A stretch of 64,000 bases of DNA from Octopus vulgaris (taxonomy: Eukaryota): NCBI GenBank assembly GCA_951406725.2, contig OX597837.1, positions 36,022,001 to 36,086,000 of the forward strand. The letters are read 5' to 3'. The translations under genes and the position numbers were made by a program. Below are positions 52,464-64,000 of the stretch, piece by piece. Within the stretch, counting starts at the first letter, position 1. Each line of letters opens with the position of its first letter. The notes beneath the pieces are model-generated. The model had not been told where the DNA came from. It did not search any database and was given only the letters and a program-made list of their open reading frames with translations.

Positions 52464-52903
52464 ATAAAGATACTCAGGAAATTTTTTCTCAAAAATCGTA
52501 ATTTCTTAAAATCGTTGAATGCTCAAATCCCATCCCACCGTTCATCTTCCAATTTCAGAAATTCGGTGGAATTGAACGCAGAACGTATCAACGGATTAAA
52601 TGCCATTAAGCATTTTGGTCCGGCGGGCTAACGATCCTGCCAGCTCACCGCCTCAATATTGGTTTCAAATTTTAGCATAAGGTCAGAAATTTTAGGGGAG
52701 GTGGGTAAGTAGAATACATTGAAAACCCAGTACGCAACTGGTACTTATTTTAACGACCCCCAAAAGGATAAAAGGCAAAGTCGAATCCCGGCGGAATTTG
52801 AACTCAGAACGTAAAGACGGACGAAAAGCCGCTTAGCATTTCGCCCAGCGTGCTAACGATTCTGCCAGCTCACTACCTTGAATAATAATAATAATAGTAT
52901 AGT

Positions 52904-53122
52904 AACAAGAGCACTCAGAGAGCGCAAACCTCCGCCAAGGCAACACCAACGTCCTCTCAATGGGAATATCTGAAATAAATTCGACTGCTCTCACAAACGA
53001 GAATACTAAAAACGAACCAAATCGCTTTCAGAAATTAAGTAAAAAAAAACAAGAAAATTAATCCAGAATCCTTTTCCGGTACCTGATAGATCCCAAAATC
53101 TAATCAGTTCATGCCAGTCACG
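52904..53122 (+). mobile_element. Helentron/HINE-like non-autonomous element fragment (second fragment about 16805-16905, minus)
   Basis: Terminus AACAAGAGCACTCAGAGAGCGCAAACCTCCGCCAAGGC shared by both; classification from memory of similar elements. Confidence 0.5.
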
Positions 53123-54368
53123 ACCCCAGTGCGTAACTGGTACTTAATTTATCGACCCCGAAAAGATGAAAGGCAAAGTCGACCTCGGTGGAATTTGAAC
53201 TCAGACTGTAGCGATGGGTAAAATACCTATTTCTTTATTACCCACAAGGGGCTAAACACAGAGGGGACAAACAAGGACAGACATAGGTATCAAGTCGATT
53301 ACATCGACCCCAGTGCGTAACTGGTACTTAATTTATCAACCCCGAAAGGATGAAAGGCAAAGTCGACCTCGGTGGAATTTGAACTCAGAATGTAGCGATG
53401 GGTAAAATACCGCTAAGCATTTCGTCCAGCGTGCTAATGATTCTGCCAGCTCACCACCATAACAGTAATAATACAAGTGCATTACAACTTATTGGAAAAG
53501 AGTAAAAAAGAAAAGTGAGAAAATGGCAATACATCAAGTAAAGAAAGACACCAATGAAGGGGAGAAGTATGTGCAGAGCAAACTGAATAAAACTGAAAGG
53601 GACAGAAAAGGGAAGAGCGAAAAAGGGCCACGAAGAGGAAAGGATGTATAGACATGAGTAGTGTTGGAGAATTTCATAAAATATAGAATTTTTGATGGAT
53701 GCAGGATGCTGACAGCTAACAACTGCCACAGGTAATTTATTCCACGCTTCGACATTTGTTTGACATAATATATAGGAGCGTGTTATGGCGGCGAGCTGGC
53801 AGAGACGTTAGCACGCCGGGCGAAATGCGTAGCCGTATTTCGTCTGCCGTTACGTTCTGAGTTCAAATTCCGCCGAGGTCGACTATGCTTTTCATCCTTT
53901 CGGGGTCGATAAATTAAGTACCAGTTACGCACTGGGGTCGATGTAATCGACTTAATACCTATGTCTGTCCTTGTTTGTCCCCGCTATGTTTAGCCCCTTG
54001 TGGGTAATAAAGAAATAGGTATTTCGTCTGCCGCTACGTTCTGAGTTCAAATTCTGCCGAGGTCAACTTCGCCTTTCATCCTTTCGGGGTCGATAAATTA
54101 AGTACCAGTTACGCACTGGGGTCGATGTAATCGACTTAATACCTATGTCTGTCCTTGTTTGTCCCCGCTATGTTTAGCCCCTTGTGGGTAATAAAGAAAT
54201 AGGTATTTCGTCTGCCTTTACGTTCTGAGTTCAAATTCTGCCGAGGTCGACTTCGCCTTTCATCCTTTCGGGGTCGATAAATTAAGTACCAGTTACACAC
54301 TGGGGTCGATGAAATCGACAGGCATCATCCTCCCAAATTTCGGGCCTTGTGCCTAGAGTAGAAAAGGA
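53123..54368. mobile_element. Two opposed family D SINEs with 184-bp internal tandem units (53123-53458 -; 53787-54368 +)
   Basis: GTATTTCGTCTGCC at 53835, 54019 and 54203; ACCCCAGTGCGTAAC at 53123 and 53307. Confidence 0.92.
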
Positions 54369-54703
54369 TATGTGTGTGTGTGTGTGTGTGTGTGGAAACT
54401 ACATTTCTTTTCCGGGTTGAGATTCGAAACCGAATCTAAGACAATCCACCGTTACATATATGATATTTCTGCATGTATAGTTGTGTGGTTAAGAAGCTTG
54501 ATTTGTAGCCACGTAGTTACGAGTTCAGTCACACTAGGCGGCATTTTGGGCACGTTTCCACTATAATGGCCCCCTTCGGGACGACCAATGCCTTACGGGT
54601 GAATTTGGTACACGAAAACTATATGGAGGCCCGTCGCGCACACACATATATATAGACACATGCATACATTCATTCATCATACATACATGCATACATACAT
54701 ACG

Positions 54704-54800
54704 GGTGAAAGTAAAGAATACGTACACCCAGTGGTTAGGGTTAAGGTTAGGGTTTTCGTTACGCCGAAAACGGGTGGTGTACGTATTCTTTACCTCCGCC
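54704..54800. mobile_element. ~97-bp MITE with internal TTAGGG-like repeats
   Basis: Perfect 18-bp arms GTAAAGAATACGTACACC / GGTGTACGTATTCTTTAC enclosing GGTTAGGGTTAAGGTTAGGGTT. Confidence 0.75.
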
Positions 54801-54819
54801 TACATACGTACATACATGC

Positions 54820-54850
<31 letters not shown>

Positions 54851-54873
54851 CATACGTACATACATGCTTACAT

Positions 54874-54906
<33 letters not shown>

Positions 54907-55237
54907 TACACACATATACACACACACATCATACATACATACATACATACATGCACATACATACATACATACATACATATACATACATACATACATACAT
55001 ACATACATACATACAAACATGCGCACGTTTGTACGTACATAAATATATACATACGTTCATACATGCAGACATACGTACGTACATACAAAAAAAAAAAAAA
55101 AAAAAAGGACAGGTGAAATAAGTACGAGGCTTAAAAAAAAACAGTCCTGAAGTCGACTAGATCGCCTAAAATATCCAGAGTGGTGCTCCAGCCTTGTTAG
55201 AGGGTTTGGTAAGACGGAAACCAAAGAAAGAAACCCG

Positions 55238-55305
<68 letters not shown>

Positions 55306-55383
55306 GGTATGTAGAAAAATACAACATGGACAAGAACGTATAACTCAAGAAAACGATACAATAAACACGGACAGGACATTCGA

Positions 55384-55455
55384 AACCCTCAGTCTTCAGT
55401 CAAGAACCGGATCATCGTAGTAATTTCGGCTGATTAATCTTGAGATTACTAGATC
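55384..55455 (-). ncRNA. Candidate non-circularly permuted hammerhead ribozyme in a (TA)n-flanked insert (55300-55540)
   Basis: TAGTAAT-C-TCAAGA ttaatc AGCC-GAA-ATTACTA [12 nt] TCTTGA-CTGAAGA-ctgag-GGTT; stem III 7 bp, stem I 6 bp, AUC triplet. Confidence 0.68.
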
Positions 55456-55539
55456 ACGGCCAGCCCTCCAAGAAAAACTAAGCAACGAGCATTAGAAAAA
55501 CTAAGCTGGGAGCGTAGATTTCCTGGAAGAAGGATCGAA

Positions 55540-55617
<78 letters not shown>

Positions 55618-56145
55618 ATATATGCGTTTGCCTCCTTGCTACCATCACCGCTCGACAACCGGTATTGGTGTGTTTATGTCCCCCGTAATCTGGCGGTTCG
55701 GCAAAAGAGACCGATAGAATAAGTACTAGGCTTTAAAATAAGCCCTGGGGTCGATTTGTTCGACTAAAACCCTTCAGGGCGGTGCTCCGGCATGGCCGCG
55801 GTCAACCGACTGCACCAAGTAAGAGAATAAAATAAAATACATATAAAATATGTATGTCGATAGACACATATACATACATACACACTGACGGATGGGTGGA
55901 TATTTGCCCAGGGTATGGTTTGAAACTGTGCGGTTGTAGGTCCCTGCTCCATGAGTTTCAGGGTTTTGGGGAGTGTGGAACCACGCCCTGAACATTATTG
56001 TTCCCAAGTCTACCCTGACCCGGAGTAATAACGCCGCTCAGGCTCCCTGCTGTTGGTAAAATTAGGAATTTGATTAAAAACAAGAGGTAAAAGTACTCGG
56101 GTTGGTGGCCCGAGGACGCTGCAAGCCCACCGGGAATTAGAGACA

Positions 56146-57289
56146 CAGCCTTGAAGAACTTTTGGCTGGTTTAATCGATCCCAGAATGTTTTTATTTACA
56201 AGCCTAGTACTTATTTTATCAGTCTCTTTTGCCGAACTGCTAAGTTACAGGGACGTAAACACACCAGCATCGGTTGTCAAGCGATGTTGGGGGAGGGGGC
56301 AACACAGACACACAAACACACACATATATATATACATATACACACATACATATATACGATGGGCTTCTTTCAGTTTCCGTCTACAAATCCACTCACAAGG
56401 CTTTGGTCGGTCCAAGGGTAATAGTAGAAGACATTTGTCGAAGGTGCCACACAGTGGGACTGAACCCGGTACCATGTGGTTGGGAAGCAAACTTCCTACC
56501 ACGTAGCCACGCCAGTGCCTCTAATATATACGTATAATATACAAAACAACATCTTGTGCCCGATTCCTTTTAAATCAAAAACAATTATTATATGAGCAGA
56601 AAGTAAACTGATGACATGGAAAGGACGATAGAAAAGCTATCGACTGTACATCATATTCGCTTGTTTGGGGACCGAACTCCACCGGCCGGCGATAATAGCC
56701 AATTCCGTTTGGTCGGTCGGCCAACTTACCCTGCAGTTCCTTGACTAATCAAAACTAGTAATATTATCACAAACACACACACATACATTTGTTTACATTG
56801 GTTTGCACCGTGAAGTATATTTGTCACCTAAATGTGACGGACCCACAGGGGACGATGTTGCTGTTGTTTATAGCCCCAGGAAGACATCTCCTCTAGTTGG
56901 CTAACGATACACTATCTGTGTCCGTATGTATATATATTTATGTGTACTTTATATATGTTTACAAGCATACTCGTTTTTGTGTGCACACACACACACACAC
57001 ACTATATACATATGTATGTGTGTGTTTTGGGTGGAGGCGCAATGGCCCAGTGGTTAGGGCAGCGGATTCGCGGTCGTAGGATCGCGGTTTCGATTCCCAG
57101 ACCGGACGTTGTGAGTGTTTATTGAGCGAAAACACCTAAAGCTTCACAAGACTCCGGCAGGGGGTGGTGGCGATCCCTGCTGTATTCTTTCGCCACAATT
57201 TTCTCTCACTCTTTCTTCTGTTGACCAGCGGGGTGGCGTCATTGTGACCAGCGATGTGTAGCAACATCTGATAGCCTGGTCGGTCACGG
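56146..57289. mobile_element. SINE family A (56146-56520 -) and family B (57033-57289 +), with unique DNA between them
   Basis: Family motifs as above. Confidence 0.85.
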
Positions 57290-57320
<31 letters not shown>

Positions 57321-57835
57321 TCAGTAGCGGACTAGGTCTAAAAATATTGGTCGCCAGGAGACTAAGGGGACCCCCCCCCCACCGCAACTACAAGGGGGCC
57401 CACCCGCAACTACAACGCAATCATTTAATTCTCGCCCCTGTTAAAAATATTCCTTTCAGCTGTCTACAAACACAGCCAGAAGGAAATAATTAATTCTTCC
57501 AAGAGTGAATAAAAAAAATTCTCAGACTTTAGGGGATGGGCCCTTTAAATAATTAATTCTTCCAAGAGTGAATAAAAAAAATTCTCAGACTTTAGGGGAT
57601 GGGACCCTTAAATGCAAACCAGGGCCCCGTATATGGATTCTAATGGTGCAGGGGCCCATTTGTCATCGGGTGAGCTGGCAACCTGGCCAGTGCGCCGATG
57701 CTACGTATGGATATCAAAGCATGTATGCTTATACGTGTATTTATCCCGAAGCGAACGATACCCGTTGCAAGTGTAAAGACTTTCGACAACCGTGTACCTA
57801 GGTTTAAAGAAGAAAAAATGCAGAGCACTATAAAT

Positions 57836-58459
57836 CAGGGATTCCCAGCCTTATTTTGCTTGTGGAACCCCTGAGAGCTATCTTATCGTCAGTGGGCCCC
57901 ATATATGCACATGTAAATTTTTGAAATAAAATATTTGTTTGTAGGTTAGTAAAAACTAACAGTGAAACAATTATATTTATAACATAAACTCCAAATGCAA
58001 AATCTTGAAAATTTCAATAAATACAGGGACCTCTCTTTAGTAGATAAAATTTATATGGGAGGCCCCCCCTCACACCTTATATGGGATTGTACCTAGAAAG
58101 TTACCCTCTGAGGTACAAGTCCGGGCAAGGTTGTTTATGGAAGACCAGCAGTCGCCCATGCATACCGGCCTCCCCTCTCCATGCCACTGATGTTATCCAA
58201 GGGAAAAGAAAAGGGGCCGATACAGCTTGGCACCAGTGAGTGAACAGGAGCAATGTGAAATAAAGTGTCTTGCTCAAGAACACAACACACAGCCGGTCCG
58301 GGAATCGAAACTCACAACCTCACGATCGTAAGCTCGACGCTCTAACCACTGAACCATGCGCCTTCACAGATAAAATTTATATATGGACCTACAAATTACA
58401 TTTTTTTTTTACTCGGAGACCCCCTTAAAGTTTCTGTGGGCCCCGGTTGGGAGCCCCTG
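57836..58459. mobile_element. hAT-type MITE with nested family C-related SINE (about 58082-58366, -)
   Basis: Termini CAGGGATTCCCAGCC / GGTTGGGAGCCCCTG; 8-bp flanks CTATAAAT / CTATAGAC; AGATAAAATTTATAT occurs on both sides of the SINE. Confidence 0.75.
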
Positions 58460-58922
58460 CTATAGACTAACACACACACAAACACACACAGCTGATGGAG
58501 TGTCTGAGTAAAAGGAGAAATCGTTTTATGCTGCAGGTACAAAAACAATGAAATGGTTTTTATACAAACTACATCGATGCACTTTTAACGATACACTGTA
58601 TCTGTCTGAGTATAAAATCCATACGTAGTACTACGCACAAATACGGCAATCAATCTCTCTATTTCTATTTGCCTATCTACCTATCTATATTATTCTATCT
58701 TACCTATCTGTGTATCTCTTTGTCTGTCTGTCTGTCTGTCTATCTATCCATCTATCTACTTGTCTAATCCATCTGTCCATCTATCTTTTCTATCTATAAT
58801 TTTCTATCTCCATATCTATGTATCTATTTGTCTATCTGTCTGTCAATCTGTCAGTCCATCCATCTATCTGCCTGCCTATCTATCTATCTATCCATATCTA
58901 TCTATATCTATCTATCTATCCA

Positions 58923-58967
<45 letters not shown>

Positions 58968-59219
58968 GTATATCTATCTATCTATCTGTGTATCTATCTG
59001 TATCTATCTATCTATCCATCCATCCACCTATTAATAAATACCGACATATTCGTATACACAACGATATTTACCTTCATGTATACCAGGGGCCGGGAAGCTT
59101 TTTTTTAACCAATTACCCCCGAAATATATCTATTTACTCCAACGTTACCCACTTCATTTGAAAGGAAGAAAATCAAAGACAGCAAGGAATAGGTCTTTTA
59201 CATAATTTTACTTATTTTC

Positions 59220-59991
59220 TTTGACTTGTTTCAGTCATTTGACTGCGGCCATGCTGGAACACCGCTTTTAGTCGAACAAACAGATTCCAGGACTTATTCT
59301 TAGTAAGCCTAGTACTTAGTCTATTTCGCCGAACCGCTACGTTACGAGGACGTAAACACACCAACATCGGCCGTCAAGCGATGATGGGGGGACATACATA
59401 GACACACAAATACATACATACATATGCACATACATGTATCTCATACAGACACACGTACATTTATATAATTATACACGCACATACATATGCATATACCTAC
59501 CTACGTACATACATACATGCATATATACATCCACACACACATTTATTGAACATTATACATTGTCTTATCTTCAAAAGGTAGATGGCGAGGGATACAGTGT
59601 GTATATATATACATGCGTATGTGCAGTGGCTGTGTGGTAAGTAGCTTGCTTACCAACCACATGGTTCCGGGTTCAGTCCCATTGCGTGGCACCTTGGGCG
59701 AGTGTCTTCTGCTATAGCCTCGGGCTGACCAAAGCCTTGTGAGTGGATTTGGTAAACGGAAACTGAAAGAAGCTCGTCGTATATATGTGTGTGTGTATTT
59801 GTGTGTCTGTGTTTGTCCCCCCAACATCACTTGACAACCGATGCTGGTGTCTTTACGTCCCCATAAGGTAGCGGTTCGGCAAAAGAGACCGATAGAATAA
59901 GTACTAGGCTTGGGGTCGATTTATTCGACTAAAGGCAGTGCTCCAACATGGCCGCAGTCAAATGACTGAAACGAATAAAAGAATACATACA

Positions 59992-60029
<38 letters not shown>

Positions 60030-61604
60030 AGCCGCGGCGCACGTGTGTGTGTGTTTATGCTATTTCTTAGACGATGTAGTCATCTTAAAATTATAAATTT
60101 TTCAACAAATTAGGCAGGTTTTTTTGAAATTGAGAAAATTCTTGCATATTTTTATTGTTCCACTTACAAATTATATTTGTAAATAAAGAGCTGCTCGTTT
60201 TATGCGTTTGAAAACTTGTCCTTTTGAGATTAGTGCGGAGCACGCAAAGCTATGTGGCATAGAAGACGGCTTTGCAACCATACAGTCTCGGGTTCACTTC
60301 CACTGCATGGCACTTTGAGCAAGCGTCTTCTATTATAGTTCTGGCCGGGCTGACCAATACCTTGTGAGTGGACTTGGTAAATAGAAACTGTACGGAAGCC
60401 CATCATATATAAACATCTATGCGTGTTCTTGTTTCTCCCTCTTTTGCTTGACAATCGGTGTTAGTTTATACCCCTGTAACTTAGCGGTTCGGCAAAAGAA
60501 ATCGATAGTATCAGTAAAGTCAAGACATAAATACTGAGGATAATTTTTTTCGGCTAAAACCCTTCAAGGCGGTGCCACAGCATGGCCGCAGCCCAACGAC
60601 TGCACCCGGTGGTGAGGTACCAGTTTGTAGGTTCTGGTGTTACGGGAAGCGTCAGTCACCCCTTAATTACCATAACTCCTAGGTCCGTTCTCACCCGGAA
60701 TGGCAGTACCTCACAGGACCTTATCAAAGGGTCAAATAGATTTCCCAGGGGTTGAAGGAGGCTCCCGTTATATTCTTTCTTTTACTTATTTCAGTCATTT
60801 TGACTGCGGCCATGCTAGAGCACCGCATTTAGCCGAACAAATCAACCCCAGGACTTATTCTTTGTAAGCCTAGTACTTAATCGTTTCTTTTGCCGGACTG
60901 TTAAGTTACAGGGATGTAAACACACCAACATTAGTTGCCAAGCGATGGTGGGAGGGGGACAAACACACACACACACACACATATATACGACGGGCTTCGT
61001 TCAGTTTCTGTCTACCAAATCCACTCACAGGGTTTTGGTCGATCCGAGGTTATGGTAAAAGACACTAGCCCAAGGTGCCCCGCAGTGGGATTGAACCCGG
61101 AACTACAAACACACCAGCGCCTAAAAGATAATAGAAACTAGTGCACCAATAATTACAGGTATGAATGCAAGCTGGTGTACGTTTCGAAGTAGTTCTCTGT
61201 ACATTCTCTTTTTCAATGATGTTGAAAGAGACGTTGACATCTTTTGGGCTGACGATCTCTTATAATTGTACAAACTTTCTCTTCTTCCGACCTAAACAAC
61301 TATCTCAGGCCTTTTCTAAAAATCATGTTGGCATTTGGTAAAAATCTGAATGCGTGTGTTTATACACGTATATATATACGCGTTTATATATAAACTCACA
61401 CACTCAGAGACAGACACACATATATATATTTACGTCCAAGGACCGGGCCTGATTGTGTGGTAAGAAGACTGCTTCCCAACCACATGATCTCGGGTTCAGC
61501 ATCAATGCGTGGAACCTTTGGGCAACAAGCATCTGTCACTATAGCTTCGGGCTGATTAAAGCCCTGTGAGTGGATTTGTTAGACGGAAACCGAAAGAAGC
61601 CTGT

Positions 61605-61608
<4 letters not shown>
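59220..61608. mobile_element. Cluster of family A SINEs (59220-59410 -, 59620-59985 +, 60240-60600 +, 60780-61102 -, 61445-61608 +)
   Basis: Family motifs as above. Confidence 0.85.
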
Positions 61609-61641
<33 letters not shown>

Positions 61642-62230
61642 CGAGGAAGGTACGAATACATATCCATTGGTGGATATATAGACAAAGATAAATACACAGA
61701 ATAAGAAATATGCATATACACACATAAAGACCCCCTTCGGTCATGAATGACCATGGGATTGCACCTAGAAAGTTACCCTCTAAGGTACAGGTCTAAGCAA
61801 GGTTGTTTATGGAAGATTAGCAGTCACCAATCTCCATGCCACCGATGTTATCCAAGGGAAAGGCAAAGAGGCCGATACATCTTGGCACCTGTGATGTCGC
61901 AACTCATTTCTACAGCTGAGTGAACTGGAGCAATGTGAAATAAAGTGTCTTGCTCAAGAACACAACTCCCTATCTCATGATTGTGAGCCCGACGCTCTAA
62001 CCACTGAGCCATGCGCCATCATATATACACGTAGATACACACATATACCACACATACATATATACACACACACATACATATTTTATTCCCTTATACTGGT
62101 GTATGAGTACAATATGAAATTATTTTTTAGATACGTAAGTTCGTGCTTGCATATGTGTGCGTGAATGCCTATGTATGTATGTATATGTATGTATGTATGC
62201 ATGTATGTATATATTTGTAACTATGCATGT

Positions 62231-62691
62231 GTACAAGGGGGTTGTTGAAAAGTTCTTGGCTTTGGGCAGAAGAAAATACAAGAGTATCAGTTAATTACGA
62301 GTTTATTCAACATATTCCCCTCTCAGATTCACGCACTTATTGCAGTGGCCCTTCAGTTTTTCTCAGCCCCGTGAAAGAACATGGAAGGTTAGGCCTCCAA
62401 CCAGACCTTTCACAATACCTTTAAAACCAGGAACTCTTCAGTACCCCCTCTTACATATATAATGCATACACATATGTACAGAGGGTGCTGAAAGTTCCTG
62501 GCTTTGGGTAAAAGAAAATATGGGAGCATCAATTATGATTTTATTCAACCTGTTTCCCTCTCAGATTCACACACTTATTGCAGTGGTCCTTCGGGTTTTC
62601 TAAACCCCGTAAAAGAACTCGTGGGGGAGGGTCTCCAACGAGGCCTTTCAAGACACCCTTAAAGCCAAGGACTTTTCAGCCCTCCCTCGTA
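62231..62691. mobile_element. Two tandem mariner-type MITEs
   Basis: TACAAGGGGGTTGTTGAAAAGTTCTTGGCTTT..CAGTACCCCTCTTA and TACAGAGGGTGCTGAAAGTTCCTGGCTTT..AAAGCCAAGGACTTTTCAGCCCTCCCTCGTA. Confidence 0.82.
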
Positions 62692-62889
62692 CATCTGTCA
62701 GTGGGTCGGAGCGCGCACATGCAAGTGTGCACATCTGTGAGTGTGCATATACGTCCGTGCATCTGCGTACGTTCATGTATGTATGTATATATATACGTCC
62801 GTGTGCATGTGTGTGTATATATGCTTGTGTATGCGTCCATGCATGTGTGTGTGTATGAATGTATGTATATATATATATATATATATGAG

Positions 62890-63043
62890 TGAATGTGTGG
62901 TTATCAGCTTGCTTACAAACCACATGGTCCCGGGTTCAGTCTCACTGTGTGGCACCTTGGGCAAGTGTATTCTACTATTGCCTTGGGCCGACCAAAGCCT
63001 TGTGAGTGGATTTGGCAGACGGAAACTGAAAGAAGCCCGTCTC

Positions 63044-63093
<50 letters not shown>

Positions 63094-63771
63094 TTGTGCT
63101 TGTCCTCACGCCTTCGTTTGACAACCGATGTTAATATGTTTACGTCCCTGTAACTTAGCGGTTCGGCAAAAAGAGACCGATAGAATAAGTACTAGGCTTA
63201 CTACAGAGACTAAGTCCTGGGATCGATTTGTTCGACTAAGGGCAGTACTCCAGCATGGCCGAAGTCAAATAACAAACAAATGAAAGAAAAGAATATACGT
63301 CCGTGCGTGTGTGTGCGTGTGAATACGTCCCTGGGAGCGTATGCGTTCGTGCGCGCGCGTGTATACATATACTCTTCTACTTGTTTCAGTAATTTGACTG
63401 CGGCCATGCTGGAGCACCACCTTTAATCGAGCAACTTGACCCCGGGACTTATTCTTTTTGTAAGCCCAGTACTTATTCTATCGGTCTCATTTTGCCGAAC
63501 CGCTAAGTAACGGGGACATAAACACACCAGCATCGGTTGTCAAACAATGCTAGGGGGACAAACACAGACACACAAACATACACACATACATACATATATA
63601 CTTATATACGACGGGCTTCTTTCAGTTTCCGTCTACCAAATCCACTCACTAGGCATTGGTCGACCCGGGGCTATAGCAGAAGACACTTGCCCAAGATGCC
63701 ACGCAGTGGGACTGAACCCGGAACCATGTGGTTGGTTAGCAAGCTACTTACCATACAGCCACTCCTGCGCC
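62890..63771. mobile_element. Tail-to-tail family A SINE pair (62890-63286 +; 63372-63771 -)
   Basis: Near-consensus copies on opposite strands about 85 bp apart. Confidence 0.9.
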
Positions 63772-63797
63772 TATGCATACATATGTATGTAAATGCA

Positions 63798-63829
<32 letters not shown>

Positions 63830-64000
63830 GTAAGGTAACATTCTAAAGTGTTGTTGGCCCACGACGTACACCAAGAAAGCATCGCATACACAACACACTT
63901 GTAGACATACATTCAAAGATACATATAAACATACGCGTGTATACACACAAACATATACATATATAACACATGCATATATATATATATATATACACACACA

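Noticed and set aside
57322-57700. DNA transposon with CAGTAGCGGACT / AGTGCGCCGATG ends and an internal ~62-bp duplication
   Set aside because: Termini too degenerate and no target-site duplication; left unclassified.

Overview
This is repeat-saturated eukaryotic DNA, most likely from an octopus or other coleoid cephalopod (inferred from the tRNA-derived SINE families and the extreme (CA)n/(TA)n density). It contains no intact multi-exon protein-coding gene, and almost every ORF in the supplied track is a microsatellite or SINE artefact. Identified content: five dispersed SINE-like families in dozens of copies, decayed LINE coding fragments (R4/Dong RT and endonuclease, CR1, RTE x2), mariner- and hAT-type MITEs, a non-autonomous Helitron, several tandem arrays, and a CpG-rich candidate promoter/first exon at about 50.4-51.4 kb. 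The main discovery is a set of short Penelope-LTR-like inserts in (TA)n tracts that carry hammerhead ribozyme motifs. About ten are conventional type I (intact to decayed). Two sequence-unrelated inserts (7538-7600 and 55384-55455, both minus strand) have the three hammerhead junction strands in a non-circularly permuted, pseudoknotted order. All structures were read by eye and none has been computed or tested. Repeat boundaries are approximate and family names are recalled from memory.
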